Source of the DNA: Rhodospirillales bacterium
Lineage (GTDB): Bacteria > Pseudomonadota > Alphaproteobacteria > Bin95
Length of the DNA: 64,000 nucleotides
Direction: 5' to 3'
Assembly: GCA_038143065.1 (NCBI GenBank)
Contig: JAYQLI010000035.1
Coordinates: 960,001 to 1,024,000, forward strand
Position numbers and translations under genes: made by a program. The notes under the pieces are model-generated. The model was not told the origin of the DNA. It saw nothing but the letters and a program-made list of their open reading frames with translations, and searched no databases. This document shows positions 31,885-41,640 of this stretch, in pieces; position 1 is the first letter of the stretch, and every line of letters begins with the position of its first letter.

Positions 31885-32234
31885 GGATTTTCCGTTCCCA
31901 TAAAGTTTGATACCTCCCCTTAATCCGTCCACTATCCAGCGCGCAAAAGCAGCATTTGTTTTCACTGAAGATACAAATCAGCAAGAAGAAAATTGTTAAT
32001 TACGAATTTCTTAATTCTAAGATTGTCGCAAACATAGTTTTTAAAAAATAAAAACTTTAAGCCTTTGTTTTAAACAACTTTATAGATTTTAATTAAAACA
32101 CTGAGCATACTTTTTTTGACATCCGAAACAATCTTACACACAAAATCTAACACCTAAAAATGAGCCACTGGGTTTAACTCCAACGTTCAATCGGCTATGC
32201 AAATACTCAGATTGATCGTTACTATGAGCTGCTC

Positions 32235-33183
32235 ATGCTAACTCCTCTCGAGTTTGAAAAACCTATTCTCGAGCTTGAAGCTCGTATTGCAGATTTACGC
32301 CAATTAGCTGAGAACGATGGCCTAGATATTGCAGAAGAAACCCGCAGACTTGAGCAGCGGATAGATAAGAGCCTTACACAAATTTATACCAAGCTCACTC
32401 CATGGCAGCGTGTTCAAGTTGCTAGGCATCCTAACCGACCTCGGGCTCTTAATGTCCTGCATCGTCTTATTGGGGACTTCACACCTCTCGCAGGCGATAG
32501 ACTTTTTGGGGAAGACGAGGCAATTGTAGGGGTATTGGGCGTTTTCGTGGACGCGGTGTAGTTGTTATTGGTCAGGAAAAAGGTGGTGATACGGCAAGCC
32601 GTATGAAGCGTAATTTTGGCATGGCTCATCCAGAGGGTTACCGAAAAGCCATGCGCCTAATGGATATAGCTGAAAAATTTTCTCTGCCAGTTGTCAGTTT
32701 TGTTGATACCCTGGCGCCTATCCTGGAATTGAAGCTGAAGAACGCGGTCAAGCTGAGGCTATAGCAAGATGTCTCCAACGTGGTCTTGAGTTGGAGACGC
32801 CATTTGTTGCGGCGGTACTCGGCGAAGGTGGCTCTGGCGGTGCCGTTGCCATCGCTGCAGCTGATAAAGTTTTAATGTTTGAACACGCTGTCTACTCGGT
32901 AATTTCTCCTGAAGGTTGTGCCTCAATACTATGGCGGTCAGCGGAGCATGCACCAGACGCTGCCGAAGCCCTTAAACTGACCGCTGCAGATCTATCAAGG
33001 TTGGGAGTAGTAGACACGGTCATCAAAGAGCCAGTAGGTGGCGCACATCGTAATCCAGAGGTCAGCATTGACGCTCTTGGCAATGCGATAGAGGTTGCTC
33101 TCAGACAAATTGAAACTGATGGTGTTGATGGCCCCACTTTGCGTAAACGGCGACGCGAACGTTTCCTAGCAATGGGCGGCTAA
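32235..33183 (+). CDS. accA: Acetyl-CoA carboxylase carboxyltransferase alpha (frameshifts near 32530 and 32710)
   Basis: [51 protein letters not shown] and EPVGGAHR. Confidence 0.96.
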
Positions 33184-33228
33184 CGTCTTTGATCTGATTA
33201 ATGAAGCGGCTTGGTTCAGGAAAGCAAA

Positions 33229-33687
33229 ATGTCCGGAAGTATAATTAGCGAGAAGGCGAAGTCTGCAATAGGTCAATCGCAGCCTCCTATTACTGCTGAG
33301 GTATCGCGCAGAGAAATCCAGAAATATTCTCTTGCAACCCAGCAATCACAGCAAAAGTATTTGGATGGGGATGAAGCACCTCCGATGTTTCTTTTTGGTT
33401 TACTCAGACCACTAACTCCTATTAGTGAGCTCGGACCTGACGGAATTGCTCGTGACGCTTCATTACCCGATCTTCCTCTGAAAAGGGTAATGGCTGGAGG
33501 AACAGAGATGATTTGGTCTAGACCCATCCGACCTGGAGATGTTCTTACAGCAACAAAAACTTTATCAGGCATGGAAGAAAAGCAAGGAAAGACTGGGCCA
33601 CTTATCCTTCTCCACTACGAACTTGACGTGCTTGATGCCAATGGCAGCCTTGTAGTTAAGGAACGCTCAACGAGGATTTGCAGATGA
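33229..33687 (+). CDS. MaoC/FAS1-like hotdog dehydratase, N-terminal-type subunit
   Basis: APPMF, RVMAGG, RPIRPGDVL and EKQGKTGPL motifs. Confidence 0.8.
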   Translation: MSGSIISEKAKSAIGQSQPPITAEVSRREIQKYSLATQQSQQKYLDGDEAPPMFLFGLLRPLTPISELGPDGIARDASLPDLPLKRVMAGGTEMIWSRPIRPGDVLTATKTLSGMEEKQGKTGPLILLHYELDVLDANGSLVVKERSTRICR

Positions 33688-34094
33688 GCCGGTTAGACCA
33701 AATAAATGTGGGTGATATCCTTCCTGAAAAACACCATACAGCAACTGAAGTCTCACTTTTCCTATACAATGCAGCAATCTGGAACCCGCATCGTATTCAT
33801 TACGATGCGCCCTATACTTCAGAGATAGAAAAACATCCCGCAATCGTCATTGATGGGCCGTTACAAGGCGATTGGCTAGCTCAATGTGTAACCGACTGGT
33901 TAGGATCAGACGGTCACTTAATGAAGTTTAGTTATTCGAACCGAAGGGCTGCGTACCTTGGTGAAACTCTCACAGCAACAGGAGAGGTAATCGCAAAAGA
34001 TGAAACCGCTAGGACGGTAGATCTTCGTCTTGGCATTCGAAATGAAAACGGTGAAATCATTTCTCCAGGTTCAGCTACCCTGAAATTCGGATAA
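33684..34094 (+). CDS. MaoC-like hotdog dehydratase, catalytic-type subunit
   Basis: WNPHRIHYD and GPLQG motifs; ATGA overlap with the upstream gene. Confidence 0.8.
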   Translation: MSRLDQINVGDILPEKHHTATEVSLFLYNAAIWNPHRIHYDAPYTSEIEKHPAIVIDGPLQGDWLAQCVTDWLGSDGHLMKFSYSNRRAAYLGETLTATGEVIAKDETARTVDLRLGIRNENGEIISPGSATLKFG

Positions 34095-34168
34095 ACCAAT
34101 AGAGAACTAGTTTCTTAGCAGCAATTTTGATTGCTACCTCTTCCATTCGTAAGGATGAAAACTTTAAT

Positions 34169-35170
34169 TCAGCTCATCCAAGGTGGGGTCGGCAGGCCTT
34201 TTTCTTTTAAGAAAGATGGATTGTACATTTTGCTCATGTAACGCGCTCCAGCATCACATAAAATTGTGACAATAGTTTTACCGGGACCGAGCTCTTTCGC
34301 TAACCGGATAGCTCCGGCCACATTGACGCCAGAAGACCCCCCTAAACAAAAGCCCTCATATTGCAAGAGATCATAAGCAATTTTTAAGCTCTCATCGTCT
34401 GGAATTTGATAAGCTTTATCGATTGGAGCGTCTTCTAAATTGGCTGTTATTCGGCCCTGACCAATACCTTCTGTGATTGAAGAGCCCTCGGCTTTTAAAA
34501 CTCCGTTTGTGTAATACTCAAAAAGAGCTGCTCCCGGCGGATCAGCAAGACCAATCATAATGTTGGGATTCTTCGACTTGAGTCCCATACCTGTGCCAGC
34601 TAGGGTTCCACCGGTACCAACTGCACAAATAAAGCCATCAACTTTACCTTCAGTTTGGTTCCATATTTCTTCAGCTGTCGATCGCTTATGACCTTCTCTG
34701 TTAGCGACATTGTCAAACTGATTAGCCCATATCGCGCCAGCAGGCTCAGTTTTAGCCCGCTCTTCAGCCAAACGTCGAGAAACGTGCACATAATTATTCG
34801 GGTCCTTGTAAGGAGCAGCAGGCACCTGAATGAGTTCTGCTCCGGCGAGGGTCAACATATCCTTCTTCTCTTGGGATTGGGTCTCAGGAATTACAATAAC
34901 AGTTTTATAACCCCGAGCGTTTCCAACAAGGGCAAGCCCAATTCCCGTATTCCCCGCTGTACCCTCTACGATCACCCCTCCGGGCTTAAGTAAACCTCGT
35001 TCTTCGGCATCCATTACAATTGCTAATGCCGCACGATCCTTGACGGAACCGCCAGGATTCATAAATTCGCATTTTCCAAGAATTTCACAGCCAGTCTCTT
35101 CACTTGCACGGGTAAGGCGAACGAGAGGCGTGTTACCTATGGCGTCAATAAAGTCGCGACGATACTCCAT
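34169..35170 (-). CDS. cysK: Cysteine synthase A
   Basis: IGNTPL, NPGGSVKDR, EGTAGNTGIG, NQFDN, GTGGT and EGIGQ. Confidence 0.93.
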   Translation of the reverse strand: MEYRRDFIDAIGNTPLVRLTRASEETGCEILGKCEFMNPGGSVKDRAALAIVMDAEERGLLKPGGVIVEGTAGNTGIGLALVGNARGYKTVIVIPETQSQEKKDMLTLAGAELIQVPAAPYKDPNNYVHVSRRLAEERAKTEPAGAIWANQFDNVANREGHKRSTAEEIWNQTEGKVDGFICAVGTGGTLAGTGMGLKSKNPNIMIGLADPPGAALFEYYTNGVLKAEGSSITEGIGQGRITANLEDAPIDKAYQIPDDESLKIAYDLLQYEGFCLGGSSGVNVAGAIRLAKELGPGKTIVTILCDAGARYMSKMYNPSFLKEKGLPTPPWMS

Positions 35171-35359
35171 AAAAAATCATCCTTGGATTTATAAAAATGC
35201 GATAATTAAAAACATATAAGAGAATAATATCTGATAAACAGGCTTAGATTTTCTTTCTAACAATGCGATAGTGAAAAATCACCATTTCTTTTTTAATTAG
35301 GAATACATATCTCCAACTAGTTTCTAAATTAAGAAAATTTGCTTTATAATCTGTCCGAG

Positions 35360-36056
35360 ATGAAAAAAATGTTCAACAGACTTTTCCAGGAAATAGATTC
35401 CTATGTCGCACGTGACCCTGCGCTGAGAAGTCGTTGGGACGTGATTTTATCTTATCCTGGATTTCATGCTCTCACATGCTATCGATTTTCAAGTTGGCTT
35501 TGGCGTCAAAAATTATTCACTCTTGGACGCTTTGTGTCACACTTGGGACGAATACTTTCAGGAATTGAAATCCATCCAGGGGCTAAAATTGGCGAACGCC
35601 TTTTTCATAGATCATGGAATGGGTGTTGTTATAGGCGAGACGGCAGAAATCGGGGATGACGTAACAATATATCAAGGGGTATCTCTTGGCGGAACCTCGC
35701 TTGCGAAGGGTAAGCGTCATCCCACTCTGGAAGACGGTGTAATTGTTGGCTCTGGCGCACAAATATTAGGTCCTTTTACGGTCGGCGCTGGTGCAAGGGT
35801 CGGCGCTAACGCGGTAGTTCTAGACGCAGTACCACCCGGGGTTACCGTTGTTGGAATACCAGCAACAATCGCGCAAAGATCCAAACCTGCATCTCAACCA
35901 GAAGATTTTGCTGCTTATGCGGTTGGTGAAGAGATCAGTGACCCATTAGCTAAATCAATTGTTCAAATGCAGGAAGATTTAGAGACCCTACGCGCTCGCG
36001 TCGAAGAATTAGAAGCCGAGCAAACTTCAGCAACTAACGCGGCGCGTTTAGCCTAG
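35360..36056 (+). CDS. cysE: Serine O-acetyltransferase (frameshift near 35600)
   Basis: RDPA, YPGFHA, GIEIHPGA, FIDHGMGVVIGETA, KRHPT and VVGIPA. Confidence 0.96.
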
Positions 36057-37092
36057 CAGCCTCCGCCATTACTTCCACAGCTTCATCTTGGTTGGACCGA
36101 ACGTAGAGGGAATCAATCATCTCAGTGTCTTCCCAACGACGATAGCGCTGTTTAATCCTTGACGGAGGTCCAACAAGAGCTTTTTCATCAACCCACTCAT
36201 CTGGAACGGCTGCGGCCGCTTCATCTTTTCGTCCTGCTAAGAAAAGTTCTTGGATCCTAATAGCTGCATCCCCAAAGCCTCTCCGAACCATCATGTCGTT
36301 ATGAAAATTCTTGTTACGATGACCCATACCACCAACATATAAAGCGACCTCGGGCTTTAGACGATCAAGAGCCGCCTTCACATCGTGGTCCACATCAACA
36401 TGAGCAGATGCGATAATCTCAAAATTGTGAAAGCCTTTATCCATACCTTTGGCTCGGGCTCGCTCAAAACCCTGCTCTACCCAGGGCAAGTACTCCTTCG
36501 CGGCATCAGGGGTCAGTCCCAGAGGTAACCAACCATCGCAAATCTCAGCTGTTAACCGAACTGTAGCCTCATTTCCTGCACCAATCATAATTGGGATGTC
36601 TGAATTCATGTGCAAGATAGATTTTAAAGGCTTACCCACTCCTGCCTCACCAGGGCCATGGTACGGAAGACTAATTTCACGCCCATCGTGCGTAACGGGG
36701 CTTTCCCTGCTAAACACCTTCCGCATAATTTCTACATAGTCTTTCAAACGATTGTTGGGCCGCCCCCAAGGCTGGCCATACCAACCTTCAACAATTTGCG
36801 GACCTTAAACCCCAAGACCGGCTATAAAACGGCCACCTCCAGCCAAAGCATCGACCGTAGCAGCAGACATAGCAGCATTAGCAGGAGTTCGGGCAGCGAG
36901 TTGCATAATTGCAGTGCCTAGCCGAATACTGCTTGTCTGAGCAGCTATAAAAGCAAGTGGCGTCACTGCATCAGACCCGTATGCTTCAGCTGTCCAGACA
37001 GCATCATACCCTAAAGCCTCGGCTCTCTTTATACGCTCAATTGGGATTTCAAGGTTAGCACCAGAATACCCAATCGACAGCCCTAACCGCAT
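36034..37092 (-). CDS. LLM-class oxidoreductase, putative F420-dependent (Rv3520c-like; frameshifts near 36805 and 36750)
   Basis: [48 protein letters not shown] and IQELFLAG. Confidence 0.85.
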
Positions 37093-37360
37093 TTTCTATC
37101 TCCAATCAAACTTCACAAGCTAGTATGAGCAAGTTGCGCTAACTTTTGACCGTAATTCAGCATTACCTAAGAAGACGTGATCTCATCTATCGATGCATCT
37201 AGTCGCTATTCACCAACTTTGGCAATCGAAACATCACGGCTAGCTTACTGCTTGGCTAATTTACCTGCAAAATTACCAAGGATAAATATACTGCCGATTA
37301 ACAGCACAACAATACATTCAAACCACCGCTCGAACCGCGCATAATTTTTGCAGATTGGAG

Positions 37361-37434
37361 TGGTGAGCGCAGGGATCTGAACCCTGGACCGACGGATTAA
37401 AAGTCCGTTGCTCTACCAGCTGAGCTACACGCTC
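37361..37434 (-). tRNA. tRNA-Lys(UUU), 74 nt as read (3' acceptor strand 2 nt short, atypical T-loop)
   Basis: D arm GCTC/GAGC, anticodon arm ACGGA-CTTTTAA-TCCGT, T arm CAGGG-TTCAGAT-CCCTG and encoded CCA. Confidence 0.92.
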
Positions 37435-37468
37435 TCCGTGATTGCCTAATTAGGCGAGGAGTGACCGG

Positions 37469-37497
37469 AAACTATTGCGCCTTGCCCTCTGGGTCAA
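37469..37497 (-). promoter_or_regulatory. Sigma70 promoter of tRNA-Lys
   Basis: TTGACC-N17-TAGTTT on the minus strand, about 35 nt upstream of the tRNA. Confidence 0.65.
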
Positions 37498-37525
37498 GAC
37501 GTTCTTTTCTACTAATTAATAAGCT

Positions 37526-38056
37526 TTAGAAGCTGCTCCAGATAATACCTCCGCCTTTAGCAAGACGCTCATTTAACGCATCCTTTACATGCGCCGGCAC
37601 AAACGTCGAAATATCCCCACCAAGCCCTCCAATTTCTTTGACAAAGCGCGAGGAGATAAATTGGCACCGCTCTGAGGCCATTAGAAAAATGGTCTCAATG
37701 TCATTATTCAAACGACTATTCATCCCTGCCATTTGAAATTCATAATCGAAATCTGAAACAGCTCGCAACCCGCGAACGATGCAGGTAGCCCCATTTGCTT
37801 CCGCATAATGCACCAATAACCCATCCATGGTCTGAACAACTATCCGATTTGCTAGTTGCACGTCCTCTAGATTATCAACCCATTCGCGCACCATGGAGAC
37901 GCGCTTGTCAATATCAAACATAGGTCCTTTGCCGGCATTAATAGCCACGCCTACTATCAATTTGTCGACCAGCTTGGCTCCACGCAGAATGATATCAAAA
38001 TGTCCATTCGTAGGTGGGTCAAACGTCCCAGGATAGAGCCCTACAACACTTGACAT
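37526..38056 (-). CDS. coaD: Phosphopantetheine adenylyltransferase
   Basis: YPGTFDPPTNGH, RGLRAVSDFDYE and ISSRFVKEI. Confidence 0.97.
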   Translation of the reverse strand: MSSVVGLYPGTFDPPTNGHFDIILRGAKLVDKLIVGVAINAGKGPMFDIDKRVSMVREWVDNLEDVQLANRIVVQTMDGLLVHYAEANGATCIVRGLRAVSDFDYEFQMAGMNSRLNNDIETIFLMASERCQFISSRFVKEIGGLGGDISTFVPAHVKDALNERLAKGGGIIWSSF

Positions 38057-38079
38057 AAACTATACTCCCAGAGCTTTGC

Positions 38080-40763
38080 TTATTCAGTTACTTCCGAGTC
38101 TTCTGTTAGATCCGAAGAACTAACTTCATCTTGCTCACGTAAAGGGGAAACCGAAACAACCCGGTCTCCATTTGCAACGTCAAATATCCTGACCCCACGA
38201 GTCGAACGCCGAGCAATTCTGATCTCATCGACTGGACATCTGATTAGCTGCCCGCCATTGGTAACAAGTACAAGCCCATCATTATCAGAAATTGGGAATG
38301 CCCCAACAACTTCAGCCCCTTCATCAAGACTCATTAATTCAATACCTTTGCCCCCTCTTCGGGTTACTCGGTAGTCATAGGATGAAGATCGTTTGCCAAC
38401 CCCATTAGATCCCAGAGTTAGAATAAACTGTTCCCGCCCCCTAAATTCCTCGACAATTTCAGGAGGTAGAGCGCTGTCTGTTTGAGATCTCGCCTCGTCG
38501 CATAGCTGTTGATTGTTTTAGATAAGCGTCTCGCTCTTCCGCCACAAACTCGGCACCATCAATGATTGAAAGCGAAATGACACCGTCGCCGCTGGCCAGG
38601 TCAATACCGCGATTTCCCGTTGAATTGCGCCCTGCAAATACACGTACTTCCTCAATTGGGAAACGAATACAGCGAGCGCGTGCAGTAGCTAATATGACAT
38701 GATTACCAGGCTCACAGAGCTCAACACCTATTAGCGCGTCTCCATCACTGAGTTTCATAGCAATCTTGCCATTTGCCATGACATTGGAGAAGTCGGAGAG
38801 AAGATTACGACGAACATTACCAGACTGGGTGGCAAACATTACATTCATATTATCCCATTCTGCGGGGTCCTAGGGAAGAGGAAGTACAGCTGAGATAGTT
38901 TCACCTTCATCCAAAGGAAGAAGCTGGACCAGCGGACGTCCCCGAGAGTTAGGGCCGCCTAAGGGCAATTTGTAGACCTTTAATTTGTAAACAATACCCT
39001 TGGTGGTAAAGAAGAGGACCGGAGCATGAGTTGAAGCTACAAAAACATCCCGAACAACATCCTCATCACGGGTCGACATTCCTGAGCGACCCTTACCACC
39101 GCGCTTTTGCTCGCGATATTCTGCTAAAGCAGATCGTTTTACATAGCCATTGGCAGAAACAGTCACCACCATTTCTTCCCGCTGGATCAGGTCTTCGTCA
39201 TCCTGATCTGCCCCACCTTCTTCGATCTGCGTCCTCCGCGGTGTACCAAACCTCTCCTTCAAGCTATTCAGTTCACCACACATAACCTCAAGTAACCGCG
39301 CCCGATTTCCGAGTATCTCTAAAAATTCTCTAATATTTTCGGCTGTTTCATCCAATTCTTCGGTGATTTTCTCACGTTCCAGCCCTGTCAAACGATGCAA
39401 GCGGAGGTCCAAAATTGCTCGCGCTTGTATTTCAGAAAATCTGTAACCCTCGTCAGTAAGCGCTCCGCTTTCCTCTGCTCCAAGTAGAGCCACCAAAGGA
39501 GCAACATCAGAGGCTGGCCAAGCCCTGGAAAACAGAGGCTTCCCGTGCTGCTTGCGGGTCAGGAGCAGCACGGATAACAGCTATCACCTCATCGATGTTA
39601 GCGACCGCTACTACAAGGCCAAGTAACACGTGCCCTCGAGCACGTGCTTTTGCGAGTTCATACTGGGTTCGCCGTGCAATAACCTGTTCACGGAAGGCAA
39701 CAAACGCTTCTAGAACAGATTTGATCGATAGCAGCTCTGGACGTCCACCATTCAGAGCGAGCATGTTAACGCCAAAACTAGTTTGAAGCGCGGTGTGACG
39801 GAATAGCTGATTAAGTACAACCTCGGCGTTAGCATCGCGCTTGAGATCAACAACTATACGAACACCATGCCGATCGCTTTCATCACGCAACTCTGAGATG
39901 CCTTCGACGAGCTTTAATGCAGAGACCTCGGCAATCCTCTCAACAAGTCGTGATTTATTAATTTGGTATGGAATCTCATGGACCAGAATGGCATTACGAC
40001 GGAGGTCTATTTCCGTCTTCGCTCGCATAATTACCGAACCTCTGCCAGTTGCAAATGCCTGTCGAATTCCACCGCGTCCCATTATGAGACCGCCAGTTGG
40101 GAAGTCTGGGCCAGGAATTATTTCCAGAAGAGCGTCTAGATCTATTTGAGGGTTTTCGATAAGTGCAAGCGTTGCTTCTATGACTTCGCTTAAATTATGA
40201 GGCGGGATATTCGTTGCCATGCCAACGGCAATTCCACCCGCACCGTTAACTAGGAGATGTGGAAATTGTGCTGGTAAAACCGCCGGCTCGTTATCTGATT
40301 CATCATAATTGGCCTGAAAATCGACCGTATCCTTATCTATATCGGCTAAAAGAGCTTCCGCAGAATTAGCCAGACGCGCCTCTGTGTAGCGCATGGCTGC
40401 TGGCGGATCCCCATCCATGGAGCCAAAATTACCCTGACCAGACACAAGAGGCAGACGCATGGAAAAATCTTGGGCCATCCGCACAAGAGCGTCATAGATC
40501 GCTGAATCGCCATGGGGGTGATACTTACCCATCACGTCACCAACTATGCGAGCTGACTTTCTAAAAGGGCGGCTCCAATCATAGCCCCCCTCACGCATGG
40601 CATAGAGAATACGACGGTGAACCGGCTTTAAGCCATCTCGAACATCGGGGATTGCCCTAGCGACAATCACACTCATAGCATAATCGAGATAAGAGCGTTG
40701 CATCTCCTCTTCTATGGAGACGGCACGCACCTCGTCTGAACGCGGTGGCGAGGTGTCTGACAC
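38080..40763 (-). CDS. gyrA: DNA gyrase subunit A (frameshifts near 39530, 38460 and 38340; in-frame TAG at 38870)
   Basis: [28 protein letters not shown] and the GyrA-box QKRGGKG; GTG start at 40763 after GGGAG. Confidence 0.97.
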
Positions 40764-40931
40764 GCAAAAACTCCCAGAACAGTGACGCAATAAATAGCGC
40801 CAAGAAAGTATTTTTTATAGCAAATTTCTCATTGGGAATAAACTACAAAGACAAGGAAATTGGCATCCTTTCAATGGCACAAAGCGTAAATGAGAAACGC
40901 TTAATGATATGCCAAAACTAAGAAGGCCTCA

Positions 40932-41420
40932 TTAGAATGGGATATCATCATCCAAATCCATTGGTGCTGGCCTTGAACCCTGGCTATCCGATGCTAACGC
41001 TGCACCAGCAGAGCGTTGCGGCATGCTTTGATAATCTCCGCCACCGTCTTCTGATCCGGTTCCTTCACCTCGTCCATCAAGCATTGTTAGCTCACCGCGG
41101 AAACGGCCTAGAACGACTTCGGTAGAATATCGATCAGCACCTGATTGATCCTGCCACTTCCTAGTTTGAAGTTGTCCTTCAATAAAAACTTTACTGCCTT
41201 TCCGAAGAAACCGTTCTGAGACATCCACTAAGTTTTCATTGAATATAACAACACGATGCCACTCTGTTTGCTCGCGTCGTTCGCCAGACTGTCTATCTCG
41301 CCAACGCTCCGATGTGGCAACTGATAGACGAGCAAATCTGCGGCCATCTTGTGTTTGGGTATATTCTGGATCACGACCAAGATTGCCAACAAGAATAACT
41401 TTATTAACGCTGCCAGACAT
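40932..41420 (-). CDS. ssb: Single-stranded DNA-binding protein
   Basis: SVNKVILVGNLGRDPE, TEWHRVV and C-terminal DDDIPF. Confidence 0.98.
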   Translation of the reverse strand: MSGSVNKVILVGNLGRDPEYTQTQDGRRFARLSVATSERWRDRQSGERREQTEWHRVVIFNENLVDVSERFLRKGSKVFIEGQLQTRKWQDQSGADRYSTEVVLGRFRGELTMLDGRGEGTGSEDGGGDYQSMPQRSAGAALASDSQGSRPAPMDLDDDIPF

Positions 41421-41526
41421 GGGGTTGTCTCCAAAGGGTTCAAAACTAATGAAAAACGCCTAATTCGGTTTTATCCATCACGTTATCATAGTAACTGAGT
41501 TGAGTAAGATTCGGCGACCCAAAGGC

Positions 41527-41544
41527 GTTTGTTTTTTGTCCACA
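41527..41544 (+). promoter_or_regulatory. Degenerate alphaproteobacterial SOS box overlapping a DnaA-box-like 9-mer
   Basis: GTTT-N7-GTCC (consensus GTTC-N7-GTTC) and TTGTCCACA in the ssb/uvrA divergent spacer. Confidence 0.35.
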
Positions 41545-41640
41545 GATAAAAAAGATCATTCGTAGGGTTCAAGCCTTATATCTCGATGAAAAGAGAAGAA
41601 GACACTGTCAATGAGCAAAGCGCCCATCGGAAAAAAAAAT

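Noticed and set aside
31966-32234. Very AT-rich spacer as a replication origin or CtrA-box array
   Set aside because: No DnaA-box cluster and no correctly spaced TTAA-N7-TTAA; consistent with an ordinary divergent promoter region (TTGACA at 32116)
37100-37360. Genomic island or small membrane peptide downstream of tRNA-Lys
   Set aside because: No integrase or duplicated tRNA 3' end was seen, and the short hydrophobic frame (CIVVLLIGSIFILG) has no start codon
38870-38872. Amber (TAG) reassignment or readthrough as a genetic-code change
   Set aside because: Many genes here end at TAG at their expected C-termini (yaaA, ccrM, yqgE, the antiporter); only one internal TAG was seen
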